A stretch of DNA of 63,480 bases, counting the filler, from Phoronis australis (lineage: Eukaryota > Animalia > Phoronida): assembly GCA_002633005.1 (NCBI GenBank). It is 4 parts of 4 records of this genome, joined end to end, with 100 filler letters (N's around TTAATTAATTAA, not from the genome) between each part and the next. Parts side by side here need not be neighbours in the genome. Positions count along the whole stretch, not along the records: positions 1 to 30,593 come from NMRA01001026.1; positions 30,694 to 41,887 come from NMRA01001712.1; 2 more parts are not named here. One strand, written 5' to 3'. The notes beneath the pieces were generated by a model. It made no database searches. It saw only the letters and a program-made list of their open reading frames with translations, and was not told where the DNA came from. Below are positions 27,501 to 39,390 of the stretch, piece by piece; position 1 is the first letter of the stretch; each line of letters begins with the position of its first letter. A program made the position numbers and the translations under genes.

Positions 27501-28391
27501 GGGAATCGTCGCAAAATCTTTTTTTATTCATTTGACACTCAGGTACAGGGCGTGTGTTTTTTATTCTAACTGCTACGACATGATTTGGTTCAAAAATCGC
27601 GCCGGGTCGGTTGTCAAGAATTCCAACTCTAGACCACAAGAAAATCGCATGTTTGTTGCATGAAGCATTTCCTAATACACGTGGTAAGATCTCCCCATGA
27701 AGGGAATGAACACTTTTTCCTACGTCGGGATATACACTTGTTACTGGCATTTTCAATGCAGACGACAGACCCATGACAGCCATGAGACCACTCCAATTCT
27801 CATCGTGGCACAGATGCTTTGCCTCTATTACAATGGCTACTTCATTATCATCGTTTACAGTGTCTCCAAGAACGTCCTCCTGATACATTACCACAGTGAA
27901 TAATGTTTGAAAATCCGAAGATATAGAGTTTTCTTTCTGAGCAGCAGCAATAACGTGTGGGTGCCTTGCATAAAAGTCAGAGTGAATGAAGAGCTCGGCT
28001 GCAGTCAGTAGCCTTAATGTCGCGTGGAGGGATTCGTCACCTATAAACAGAAATTAAGCAACTGCAAGGTTGTATCAAGAGATTACTTGGCTTTATAAAA
28101 TAAGGCCATGCGATACTTTAGATAGGTTTTGAAATTCTGTGTAATGACAAGAAATTCGTAAATGGGCCTTATTCCAGGAATGAGTTTATAGACATAATTT
28201 CGACTTTCCGAAATGGCACTTTTAGTGAATGCCAATGGATTTTTTCCCATTTCACGTCCCCAACTTCATGGCAAATGCCCAAAATGCGCTCATACACAGA
28301 ACAAAGTACGGGATGATAGTTGTTTCAAAGGGACAAGCCACATACATGTAACCGCCGTCGCGAACCTAACATTACTATTTGCACAATTTCA
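24565..28391 (-). mobile_element. hAT DNA transposon; one candidate terminus visible, other end probably in the N gap
   Basis: Homology to the Kolobok-type end stops at 24564 and is followed by CAGGCCCGTAGG, a CAG-start typical of hAT TIRs, about 270 bp past the transposase stop. No matching second TIR or TSD seen. Confidence 0.6.
24838..28040 (-). CDS. hAT-superfamily transposase (ZMYM1/DUF4371-like) with N-terminal vertnin/OTU-like domain; final large exon, upstream exon not visible
   Basis: Uninterrupted 1018-aa ORF. Motifs: TTF-type Zn finger (FQKQWFISWPWLHY..VLCHIC..GYTNWKKA..FTKHEKSECH), DUF4371 (FLARQGIPFRG..SNFIQLL), LADETTD, GQCYDG, HCYGH (CxxH), PTRW and the hAT dimerisation motif PATNASSERAFSALRRVKSYLRSTM. 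The frame continues upstream to a splice acceptor (ttctgtttatag|GTGAC at 28040), adding GDESLHATLRLLTAAELFIHSDFYARHP. Confidence 0.9.
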
Positions 28392-30290
28392 NNNNNNNNN
28401 NNNNNNNNNNNNNNNNNNNNNNNNNNNNNNNNNNNNNNNNNNNNNNNNNNNNNNNNNNNNNNNNNNNNNNNNNNNNNNNNNNNNNNNNNNNNNNNNNNNN
28501 NNNNNNNNNNNNNNNNNNNNNNNNNNNNNNNNNNNNNNNNNNNNNNNNNNNNNNNNNNNNNNNNNNNNNNNNNNNNNNNNNNNNNNNNNNNNNNNNNNNN
28601 NNNNNNNNNNNNNNNNNNNNNNNNNNNNNNNNNNNNNNNNNNNNNNNNNNNNNNNNNNNNNNNNNNNNNNNNNNNNNNNNNNNNNNNNNNNNNNNNNNNN
28701 NNNNNNNNNNNNNNNNNNNNNNNNNNNNNNNNNNNNNNNNNNNNNNNNNNNNNNNNNNNNNNNNNNNNNNNNNNNNNNNNNNNNNNNNNNNNNNNNNNNN
28801 NNNNNNNNNNNNNNNNNNNNNNNNNNNNNNNNNNNNNNNNNNNNNNNNNNNNNNNNNNNNNNNNNNNNNNNNNNNNNNNNNNNNNNNNNNNNNNNNNNNN
28901 NNNNNNNNNNNNNNNNNNNNNNNNNNNNNNNNNNNNNNNNNNNNNNNNNNNNNNNNNNNNNNNNNNNNNNNNNNNNNNNNNNNNNNNNNNNNNNNNNNNN
29001 NNNNNNNNNNNNNNNNNNNNNNNNNNNNNNNNNNNNNNNNNNNNNNNNNNNNNNNNNNNNNNNNNNNNNNNNNNNNNNNNNNNNNNNNNNNNNNNNNNNN
29101 NNNNNNNNNNNNNNNNNNNNNNNNNNNNNNNNNNNNNNNNNNNNNNNNNNNNNNNNNNNNNNNNNNNNNNNNNNNNNNNNNNNNNNNNNNNNNNNNNNNN
29201 NNNNNNNNNNNNNNNNNNNNNNNNNNNNNNNNNNNNNNNNNNNNNNNNNNNNNNNNNNNNNNNNNNNNNNNNNNNNNNNNNNNNNNNNNNNNNNNNNNNN
29301 NNNNNNNNNNNNNNNNNNNNNNNNNNNNNNNNNNNNNNNNNNNNNNNNNNNNNNNNNTATAGTTTTAATTAAAATAAAAAACCAGGCTCGTAATTGAAAA
29401 TAAAAATTATTTGACCGTCAATTCTGCTTTCTTGGTTGTAATAATTCTTACGTCTACTTCATGTGTTACGGGTTTCAAATATCAATTTGGCCAAGTTGAA
29501 TTTTAAAATTAAAACACCTAATTCGTTCGTCCAAAGCATAACCTCTTTTAGAACTCAATTTCAGTTAACTGGACAAAGCAATCATAGTTATCATGTTTAT
29601 CCATGAGCCTCGTTTATCCGATGGGAAAGGTGACAGTGCCTACTGAGAAGCGATTTTTCGCCGAGTGAGGAGAACAATCTACCTCCCGATCACCGTCAAT
29701 AGCACCCCCGCCCTGTTGCAAGCTCTCATAGGCTCTGTCTCAATTTAAAGTAGCCTTTTGTGATCTTAAAAATTGTCACCTGTGTGTTTACAGGGGGAAT
29801 TTTTATGCCTCGTACTTTGGGGGGAATTTCGCGTGATATTCCAATATTTTTGAGAGGAGAATAGGCCGATATTGGGCCCCAAATTCGAGGGATTGAGGGC
29901 CCTGTCCTTATTGGAAAGAAAAATTATAATGTTTCAACCCGTAGTCATGAAAACACAGCCTGGCTAACCCATTCTCCGGTCGTAATTACTATGATGCTTC
30001 TTAGCAACCGAGATGCGACAAAATATGATCTAACTTTTCGAAAACATTTATAAATTTTACACGGACATATTTTGCTTCGTCGCGGCGTATGGCAACGACC
30101 CAACGCTTCCAAATCTCAACGTCTTTAGGGATTGTAAAGCAGACAGTTGAGTGTCCGTATTTTTTCTAGCCGTTTGCGGAGCAACGCGTACTGAAATACA
30201 ACTATGTCGATAAGGTAACAGAGCTATCGTAGCGAGCCTCGTTTTGGAACGCGTCCCCTGTCGGCGTGAATTGGGATATGGAACGATTAA

Positions 30291-30593
30291 AGGAGAATGC
30301 CACCCAAAAATCAACCTATTTTGTATCAATTTAGATCGAGTAGTTCTACTTCATAACGGCACGTTCGGTTGCGTTACCTGACAACTGACGGCATACGGAG
30401 GTGTTGAAATTATCCAATGAGGTGATTAGTTTCACACGCAGTCTGTTCAGCAGTTCACAACACGGGTTAGTGGCGTCAGCTTATCGCTTGAATTCATCGT
30501 TTAACACCGATAAATCACCAAACTTCGATATAAAAACCTTGAAAATACACGTAGTTCTTATAAAAACCTGTTGTATTATTTTGCTGTTACGCA
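30291..30593 (-). mobile_element. Kolobok-type terminal fragment
   Basis: TTAA|AGGAGAATGCCACCC, same family; runs into a gap. Confidence 0.75.
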
Positions 30594-30693
30594 NNNNNNN
30601 NNNNNNNNNNNNNNNNNNNNNNNNNNNNNNNNNNNNNTTAATTAATTAANNNNNNNNNNNNNNNNNNNNNNNNNNNNNNNNNNNNNNNNNNNN
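30594..30693. other. Artificial scaffold spacer N..TTAATTAATTAA..N (also about 41888-41987 and 62142-62241)
   Basis: The same six-frame-stop 12-mer sits in the centre of three gaps of about 100 bp. Confidence 0.95.
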
Positions 30694-31330
30694 TGTAAAA
30701 TATACAAGTTTTTTGAGACAACTTCAAACCTTTGTTACCCATTTTCAAACCTTTTTAATTTTGATACTTTCAGCAATTTTAAACTCAGATTACAGGTTCA
30801 TAGGTCTGTCAAGCATACTTCTAGCCTAAGGTTGAGGGAACTGTTTTCCTTCTAATAGAAGAAATGAAGACTCGGGTCATTTAAAAATGATGGATAATCT
30901 TACTGTTGTTTAAGAGTAATTACAAATCGTAAGGCACCATCAAACATGCAATGTTCACAAAAATGTCAGTCATTTGAATTTATAACGACTTGCAACATTT
31001 CAAGGCATGAGTTAAGACTATTCAATCACTGTGAATTCGGAAAATGTAATATATTTTCGTGGTTTTACAATTGATACAAGTAGCAAAACAGTTTAATGAA
31101 ATCAACTTGAAGGGACTTTGTGAAGGTTAAGAATTACCTCACCATGCGCTTTTCCCCAAACATGTATTACCTGTTATTTCCACACATTCAGTTGTACCAA
31201 ATATTATAACCCCCCATGCCAATCCGCCCTCGGGACCTGAATAAGTAATTTAACAAAATGACTTTAAAAATAGCTGTTCCTTTTCAAAGGCTTTGTTCGT
31301 TGTCTCCAATATTGAAAGTAGGCTTTGACA
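30694..31330. mobile_element. Internal fragment of the ISL2EU family
   Basis: Near-identical to about 37735-38378; bounded on the left by a gap. Confidence 0.8.
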
Positions 31331-32030
31331 AGGGGCAGTTTTAGCCGCTGAAGCATATGGCGATTAGGAGAATTTTGATTCATGTGAAGAATAAGTAAAT
31401 GAAGAGTGTTTTCCGGCAAAGACAATTGGGATTACGGCCGCATGGGAAGAAAGTATTGTTTTCGACTCCAGCGACCCATGTTGCATAAAAATTATACGTT
31501 GGAAAACAATAACGCCGCATTATCATACGCCATATTGTCATGGTTAAACAATGCATTTGGCGCCATGGAGCAATCACACTTGTCCATTGAACAAGTTTTA
31601 ACATTTTGAGCAACCCAGTCCGAAACGCTACTTATAGTTCATACATAGCACTTTAAAATTTATTCTATCACGCCACTTACCGTTATAAAATCTTAACATG
31701 CTCCATTACTCAGATTAGACATAGTGAAGAACTCACTCTTCTTGATTGCTTCAGGAGAGGCTCGTCAAGTTGGCGTGATCAGGCTGGTAAATTCATGCGC
31801 CGATTCAGCCTTCAAGTAACAGACCTAACGAGTTGATAGTCGGCCCAAACTCAGGAATGCCTACTCTAAGTAAGGACCACGAAACGACCAGACCTGAACC
31901 AAATATAGATTTTAAAAAAGAGGAAATACTTACAATAGATGCACCTCTATACATGTACACTATCTGTTTTAATATTTGGAAATTGTTACGCTAAGTAAGT
32001 GCGTTTAAAGTCCAATGGTGTATTTCACAG

Positions 32031-32251
32031 CAATGACGGAGCGTCCGTTGCTATATTCGACTTGAACGGTACCATGGGAAGAAGTTTTGAAGCCAAAATG
32101 ATTTCATTGGGACTGAAAGCCAAGTTTTACGAAGTTGACGTCACTAACAAAGACCAGTGCGCGGAGGCGGTGAAAATGGTCGCAGACGACAATGACGGAA
32201 TGGTTCATTTTCTTGTAAATTGTGCAGCGTTCCAGGAAAGTTTAAATGTTC
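32031..32251 (+). CDS. SDR gene, first visible (internal) exon
   Basis: Acceptor tttcacag| and donor C|gtaagt. Encodes NDGASVAIFDLN..KAKFYEVDVTNKDQC..VHFLVNCAAFQESLNV (Rossmann strands; NCAA is an NNAG variant). Starts in phase 2, so an upstream TGxxxGxG exon is missing. Confidence 0.85.
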
Positions 32252-33209
32252 GTAAGTATAGTGTAATACCTAACGTATACAATATCTTTCCTATAGCTTG
32301 TTAGTCTTGCAACAGAAATTAAACACACTATCCTTTCTCAGGGATGATAACGATACTATGACCACACCTCCCAGTTCCGAAGTCCATGTTCCTTAGCGGC
32401 ACCCTGAATCAGGTCCCGACCGGCCCTGTGGAGTTTGGTTTTTAGGTATCATAGAGTTTGATTACCAGGTGCGAGTATTTTTGTGGAGATTATGAGTACG
32501 GGTATGATGGAATTTTATTGTAGTGCGGGTTTGGTGCTTCTGGTCCGGCGAAGCTGGACTGGGTTCGAACATGGAATCGTTTACAGCCTCTTAGAGTATC
32601 TTGTGAGGTCAAATTTAATTAACATCAAGAAAATTTCGTGGGGTTAATGACAAAATGTCAGCTCTAGTTAAAATAAATTCACAAGGACTCTCCGAGAGAT
32701 CTTAACCCGATACATTTTCATGTGAATATCGAAGGATGCTTCACCGATGCTAGGCTTGAAGCGACACTGCGACAGAAGTATACTTATCCACGAAGACAGT
32801 CGATGTCTCCTTGACGTACCGTATTCTGTTGCCCAGATGGTTGTCGTCGACCTCATGTCTACACTATAGCTGAGCTACCATTTAAGCACATACACACGTG
32901 CGTCATAGACAAAATGAAATAATAAAATTCAAGTTCCTGTGCATACATGTGTACTTACTCTTGAGTATGTTTAAAAAAGCTCTGAGAAACTCAATGAATG
33001 CCATTACAAGCACTGTAACTGTTACACCTGCACAATGACAACTAAAAACAGTGATTTAGACCGAGTTGTAACAGACTGCGATAACCTCAAAGCATATACT
33101 CTAGGCATGTTGTTCGTAAGTTCATCGCGAGACGGCACTGGAAACTCGTCAACGAAGTGAAAAGACGATCTATCATCTTTCCAAATTAATAAAAAATGTT
33201 CATTATTTT

Positions 33210-34166
33210 AGTTTCTGTTACACAGAATTTGTTGAATGCACGACACTTTTCATTGTTCACGGTCTTTATTCCGTTGCGTTCATACTTTCTGAACAAAACT
33301 CTACTCTCTACTGAACATAGATACAGTAACTGACCTAGCGACATAATTAAAAGACACACGATATTTCGAAACATACTTGTTTCATTCTCAAGTGAAGATA
33401 AAATGNNNNNNNNNNNNNNNNNNNNNNNNNNNNNNNNNNNNNNNNNNNNNNNNNNNNNNNNNNNNNNNNNNNNNNNNNNNNNNNNNNNNNNNNNNNNNNN
33501 NNNNNNNNNNNNNNNNNNNNNNNNNNNNNNNNNNNNNNNNNNNNNNNNNNNNNNNNNNNNNNNNNNNNNNNNNNNNNNNNNNNNNNNNNNNNNNNNNNNN
33601 NNNNNNNNNNNNNNNNNNNNNNNNNNNNNNNNNNNNNNNNNNNNNNNNNNNNNNNNNNNNNNNNNNNNNNNNNNNNNNNNNNNNNNNNNNNNNNNNNNNN
33701 NNNNNNNNNNNNNNNNNNNNNNNNNNNNNNNNNNNNNNNNNNNNNNNNNNNNNNNNNNNNNNNNNNNNNNNNNNNNNNNNNNNNNNNNNNNNNNNNNNNN
33801 NNNNNNNNNNNNNNNNNNNNNNNNNNNNNNNNNNNNNNNNNNNNNNNNNNNNNNNNNNNNNNNNNNNNNNNNNNNNNNNNNNNNNNTTAGTCATTCTTTG
33901 CAGTATTTCACACCCGCCGTGTCTCACTGTGTGTGTCGTCAGCTTATACTCTGTGGTGGCATTACTGCGTCATTTTATCTTCACTTGAGAATGAAACAAG
34001 TATGTTTCGAAATATCGTGTGTCTTTTAATTATGTCGCTAGGTCAGTTACTGTATCTATGTTCAGTAGAGAGTAGAGTTTTGTTCGGAAAGTATGAACGC
34101 AACGGAATAAAGACCGTGAACAATGAAAAGTGTCGTGCATTCAACAAATTCTGTGTAACAGAAAAC
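33210..34166. repeat. Near-perfect inverted repeat of about 195 bp flanking an N gap
   Basis: 33210-33405 is the reverse complement of about 33970-34166. Confidence 0.85.
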
Positions 34167-35021
34167 TTGCTCCCGAAGTACAGTCTATTTTAGTTTCATA
34201 AATAATTCTGTTTCAATTATATGTTTAAGTATTTAAACCAGTAATATTGCTTCTAAGTCAATTAACAACGCAGGTGTTGTCATTTCTGAAAAGTGTCAGG
34301 ACGCCCTCTGCATGAAGCCATTTCCAAGATACAGATCCAAATTTGGTTGGTTCACGACTGACACGTGGTCATAATGCATGGTAACCGTGCTGATGGTAAC
34401 ATTGGCAACACTACTGTAACTAGGCTGTTTTTCTATTTTTGGCTTAATATTCTTGTTTTCTCGGTGGTTTAACAAATGTGGGCAACAAACCTTCAACTTG
34501 CAATCGGGAAAAACGGTTGGAGCATTACAGTATGCGATCAAATTACTTTTTGGAACAATCTACTTTGCGTTCATCAGGGAAGAGCTAGTGTACAGAGTCA
34601 CCAAACGTGACGCACTAACCATAGAACTGTCCTAGAGTTGTATGCTTCAAAGAAAGACGACTGTATTAGTGTATTTAAGTTAGTAAAACTCGCACCATAT
34701 GGAATTAGACGTTTTAATTCTGCATGGGTGATTTACAGTTTTCCTTAATAAATGTTTGTAAAACACAGAGGCAATTTTGGACAATTTTAGGCCCATCTGT
34801 TAACGTATTTTCATGGTTGAAAGTGGACAACGATTACAGCACTTAAACTTCGTGACATGGTTTGCGTGTCCTTGTCAAATAAGTGACTAGATTCATGTCT
34901 GTATGACCGCAAAACTTCCAATTTCTTACCATGCCAGAGGCGTCAAAACAATCGATAGATTACAAATACACGTACATGTATGCTGCAACACTCAGTCAAA
35001 GTATTTCGGGCACATTTTCAG

Positions 35022-35123
35022 CGTTTCTTGATGTTTCCAATGAACTTTTCAACAAAACCCTGGACGTCAATGTCATTGGAATCGCCAATATGGTCCAAGC
35101 CTGTTTTCCCTATATGAAGAAAG
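35022..35123 (+). CDS. SDR gene, internal exon
   Basis: Acceptor attttcag| and donor G|gtaggc, phase 1 at both ends. Encodes (P)FLDVSNELFNKTLDVNVIGIANMVQACFPYMKK, containing the conserved SDR Asn. Confidence 0.85.
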
Positions 35124-35774
35124 GTAGGCACCTGTTTTCCATCCCTGATTCATTCGTTTTACACTAAAGTGTTCTTTATGAAGAGTAAATTTTGCGTAAC
35201 ACGTTGTCAAATGTGCACGTTTAATTGAATCCCCAGTCCAGTGTCCCGCTGCATGAAACAGTCCCAAACAGAGACTTAACTTATTTCCCTAAATCTATTG
35301 GTGGACTTGTGACAATACTGATTGTCCTTTCCTATGCTGTTTGAGTGACATTGTTAAGTCAATTTTTGGTTTTGATACAAATTGAGAGTGAAATCCACGT
35401 TGAATTCTCAATATTATTGAAAATAAGCAGGGATCTTTTAATGCAACGTCCCAATTTAAGGACTAAGCCCATAACTATTTTGACTGAATTAAAGGCTCAG
35501 TTTTTAGTCATATTAGGCTACTAGAAAATGTTATTTATTTAAAGAAGAGCTCATAAAAACTGTAAAATGACGCCGGTGAGTATAGAACAAAGTAAATTCG
35601 CAAAAGATTTAGGGAACGTAGCTGAGCCCCTAATGGGGCTATTCGGAGAATTCTCCTCGCGGTGTCGCTGCTGTACTAGTGGTGATTAAATTGCGCATGC
35701 GTGGCTGTCTGCACGTAAACAACTGGTAAAAGATGGAATTTTTATCAAAATACGTCGTCGCGCTAAGCCTTATT

Positions 35775-35964
35775 ACTGCTAAAGTTCCTTGGTGCAAGTC
35801 TTCGACAGGTGGCCACAAATTCCCAGAAGACCTAAGGTTACTATATTCGTGGACAATTGCGGTCAACAGGGTCAACTAACTGACAAAAAGTGTGTGGATG
35901 CTGAAGCCCCGTGTGTGCTCTATGACTATGCAGTTCCCGGCATACGGAGACTTAACATTACTTG
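35775..35964 (+). pseudogene. THAP DNA-binding domain remnant (ISL2EU transposase 5' end)
   Basis: VPWCKSSTGGHKFPEDLRLLYSWTIAVNRVN*LTKSVWMLKPRVCS.., ending at a G|gtaagt donor. Has an in-frame stop and lacks the His of C2CH. Confidence 0.7.
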
Positions 35965-36989
35965 GTAAGTTTCTAGCAATCAGTTTCTATCAACATCGTT
36001 CGGTGATGTTATCCCCACCAGTTACCCCACTGAATAACAGGTTTATTGAGTGGAACTAAGTGTTTCTTTTTGGAAACTCACCCGATGCCGGGTAGGCTAG
36101 CAGCACATATTCATATTGTCCTGGGTGGGAGTGCGCCCAAAATAAGAGGTGCATGGTACGTGATGCACAGAAGTCAAGAGTGACTTTTCACAGCAGTTTC
36201 TCTTCAAAACTATGCTGTTTCCAATAAAATTCTCTAGATTAGTGAGTTTCCTTATTTTATCGTGGACCCCACCCCCGGGACCACCAGCTCAGTTATCGAA
36301 TTAACTTGAATAAGCCTTAATTCAGTAAATGTCGTAACATTGCATTGGAAAAAATTGCTTGTTGAGGTCAGAAGCACATTTTTTAAGTGTCATGAAAAAT
36401 ACACGTTGTTAAATCACTTTTAGCCTATTTCACATATTCTAATTCAGATATTAAATTAGACTTGGGTACAAAGGTTATTAGTTTCTACACACAAACATGA
36501 AGATGAAATGTCAAGTATGTTCTGCCTTACAAAAGTAGTTTTGTCTTGTCTTTTCTTTTACAATTTGCTAATATTTCTATTCTGTTACAGGCGAGAAAAA
36601 ACAACTGAAACCAACCGCCTGACCATCTATTTCACCGTTGGACAAAGTGAAAAGCAATCCTTCAGCAATAACCTGAGAGAATTGAATGTAATTCAGAAAT
36701 TCATCACCTGATATGCCTGATTATGGACTCCCTTGCAATGTTGTTTCTTTCTGTGCTTTTTCAGTTTGCCATTTGTTTTTAAGTACACTGATAATTGTTT
36801 ATTCTCGAATCTTGTGCATAGCAGATTCTTATCCAGCTAGCTACAATTGGAAACATACAATAAGACAATCGATGCAGTCACTGAATGTCATTTCCCCATA
36901 ATTTGTACCAAATTGAAAAGTTTTTACCAATAGTATAAAGCCTTTCTTCTGAAAGGAAAATTTAATGTCACTCAGCTTTTGGCTTTCAT

Positions 36990-37514
36990 TTCACTGGGTT
37001 CTAGTTTCAATGGCCTATAGAAACGCTTGTAAAAACGGTCCAGTTTCAACACGTGGCTTTCTTTCATGTAACCTCATTCAGCCTCAATAACATCCACAAT
37101 TAGACCCTTGAAGGTAAACACAGCAGCATATCACTTGAATCGTTTTGAGCCCAAAATCAGACTCTGAACTAGACCAGAGTGTGACTAGGTCTTCTTTAGC
37201 TTCAGTCCCTCATGTTTCTTCCAGGAAAGGAAATAAGCTATTGTCCACACATGACTCATTGCCTATGAAAGGGCATCCTCACCAACAAGGCTTATTTGTG
37301 TAGCAGTCAGATATAGTTCGTCTGGATACACAGACACTCCACTGGCACATTGTCTTATGGTAACTTAGTACTGCGATTCACATTTCTCCAGGGCCACTGA
37401 CTTGCACATTGTGCCATGCAGCACTGCTGGTGTGTGGAAGTGCTGTGGGAAGAGAACGGAGTAACAAAGCTTGTCTATGATACAGCTTGAAGTGGCCTTA
37501 AAATGTCACTGAAC
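36990..37514 (-). pseudogene. YqaJ/lambda-exonuclease-like domain remnant
   Basis: After acceptor ttacag|: FSDI-KATSSCIIDKLCYSVLFPQHFHTPAVLHGTMCKSVALEKCE..SVYPDELYLTATQISLVGEDAL..FPFLEE..GLKLKK..VFTFKGLIV..LKLDRFYKRFYRP. This follows the YqaJ layout but has stops and frameshifts, and the PD-(D/E)xK residues are degraded. Confidence 0.78.
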
Positions 37515-39202
37515 CTGTAACAAATATTGAAATATGAACAATTAAGTACTCCAGATTGGATCAAAAATGTTATCCCTGTTTTTCAAAAATATATGGTGAT
37601 TGGTCTACAGTTTCACATAAATGTAAATAATTACTATTTTCAGAAACCAAGGGTGTATATGATGAGTATTGCATAAAACTGTGTCTTTATTTTTTATCCC
37701 TAGCCATAACAATTCTATAAACGCATCACTTGTCTGTAAAATATACATTTTTTGAGACAACTTCAAACCTTTGTTACCCATTTTCAAGCTTTTTTAATTT
37801 TGATACTTTCAGCAATTTTAAACTCGGATTACATGTTCATGGGTCTGTCAAGCATACAGTACTTCTAACCTAAGGTTGAGGGAACCGTTTTTCTTCTAAT
37901 AGAAGATATGAAGACTTGGTTCATTTAAAAATGATGGATAATCTTTCTGTTGTTTAAGAGTAATTACAAATCGTAAGGCACCATCAAAAATGCAATTTTG
38001 ACAAAAATGGCAGTCATTTGAATTTATAACGACTTGCAACATTTCAAGGCATGAGTTAAGACTATTCAGTCACCGTGAATTCGGAAAATGTAATATATTT
38101 TCGTGGTTTTACAATTAATACAAGTAGCAAAAAAGTTTCATGAAATCAACTTGAAGGGACTTCGTGAAGGTTAAGAATTACCTCACCATGCTCTTTTCCC
38201 CAAACATGTATTACCTGTTATTTCCACATATTCAGTTGTACCAAATATTACAACCCCCCATGCCAATCCCCACTCGGGACCGACCTGAATAAGTAATTTA
38301 ACAAAATGACTTTAAAAATAGCTGTTCCTTTTCAAAGGCTTTGTTCGTTGTCTCCAATATTGAAAGTAGGCTTTGACAACAGATCTGCACTGGATGGGAA
38401 GATCTTGTTGGTTAGCTGAAGTCAAATGCTAAAAACCAATTTTTGTCCATTCAGGGACGGTGCAGAAGCGATGCATATCTCCTCTGCACGGTACAACCTT
38501 CAAACCTAAAAACCAAAGGTTACGTGAAAACTGACGTGATAGATTTCCATTTCAACGTGTAATAGATTTCCAGAAGACATATGATAGGGAGTAAACAAAT
38601 ACTAGTCTAATGCAATGGATATTTATCACTCACGTACCCTTTGCCATTGGGATTGGATTGTAATCTTAACTCATAACCTGTATCGAGTTGACTGCATAAA
38701 CATTCAGCATTGATTGATGTAACTGTCACTGATAAACTTTGAGAAATCATTCCCAACAATAATAATGCTTTGATGTACGAAAAGATCCCGATTGCTACGT
38801 CGAGTATCGTATCACATATCACAACATACAAAGATTAACCAGACTCTGGCTGGCGACTGACTGCCGCGAAGTCGACATCGGCGAGTGCCTCTGTTAACAG
38901 GCATCGGTAGAATAATCATGGAATAATCGTTAAAATAATCACAAACCTTACCTTTGTATGAGGTCGTGCTTACTTCCTCTCATAGAAGCACCCTTTTTAC
39001 GCAATCTGAGATTTAGTTGGCACGGTTGCAAGCCATTTCACCATGTATTTAAAGGGCTCGCGAAATCGAAGCTGTTAATCTATCACCACTAGTACACGCA
39101 CGCCCTCTAGTTATTGTAGATTTTCCGAATAGCCCCATTGGGTCTGTTTCGTGCAACCGGGCACAGGTGCACAATCGCTGAATGTTGAATTTTAAATTCC
39201 AG

Positions 39203-39390
39203 ACGGTAGCCAGTGTGCGGTAGTTAACGCGCACAGCATTCGAGGACACGCTGCAGCACTCCATCAGTCAGCCTACAGCACAAGCAAGGGGGCGTTGAAT
39301 ATGCTGACAAAATGCATGGCTCTTGACTTATCCTCGCACGGTATACGGGTCAACGGAGTGTCCCCCGCGGGTGTGTGGACACCTGCCCAG
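39203..39390 (+). CDS. SDR gene, catalytic exon
   Basis: Acceptor aattccag| and donor CAG|gtcagt. Encodes DGSQCAVVNAHSIRGHAAALHQSAYSTSKGALNMLTKCMALDLSSHGIRVNGVSPAGVWTPAQ, with the catalytic Ser, YxxxK (YSTSK) and GIRVNxVSP. Phase matches the flanking exons. Confidence 0.9.

Larger units (their letters stand above)
35635..39136. mobile_element. ISL2EU (PIF/Harbinger-related) non-autonomous DNA transposon, both ends present, inside an SDR intron
   Basis: Termini AT|GGGGCTATTCGGA ... TCCGAATAGCCCC|AT (2-bp AT TSD). Both ends share subterminal TGTACTAGTGGTGAT. THAP remnant on + strand and YqaJ remnant on - strand, convergent. Confidence 0.85.

Noticed and set aside
28213-29397. Long ORFs spanning N runs (also 33377-34029)
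   Set aside because: Open only because Ns contain no stop codons.
29790-29904. GGGCCCTG as the partner TIR of the hAT end at 24565
   Set aside because: The sequence differs (CAGGGCCCTC vs CAGGCCCGTA), the flanks give no 8-bp TSD, and the Kolobok sequence does not resume.
30594-30693. TTAATTAATTAA inside N runs (3 sites) as a biological motif or TTAA target
   Set aside because: It is identical and centred in gaps of about 100 bp, so it is an artificial scaffolding spacer.
39139-39167. GSVSCNRAQ|gt as a relic SDR exon split by the ISL2EU insertion
   Set aside because: Rejoining the flanks gives GNVAEPLIGSVSCNRAQ with no SDR-like upstream part; probably chance.
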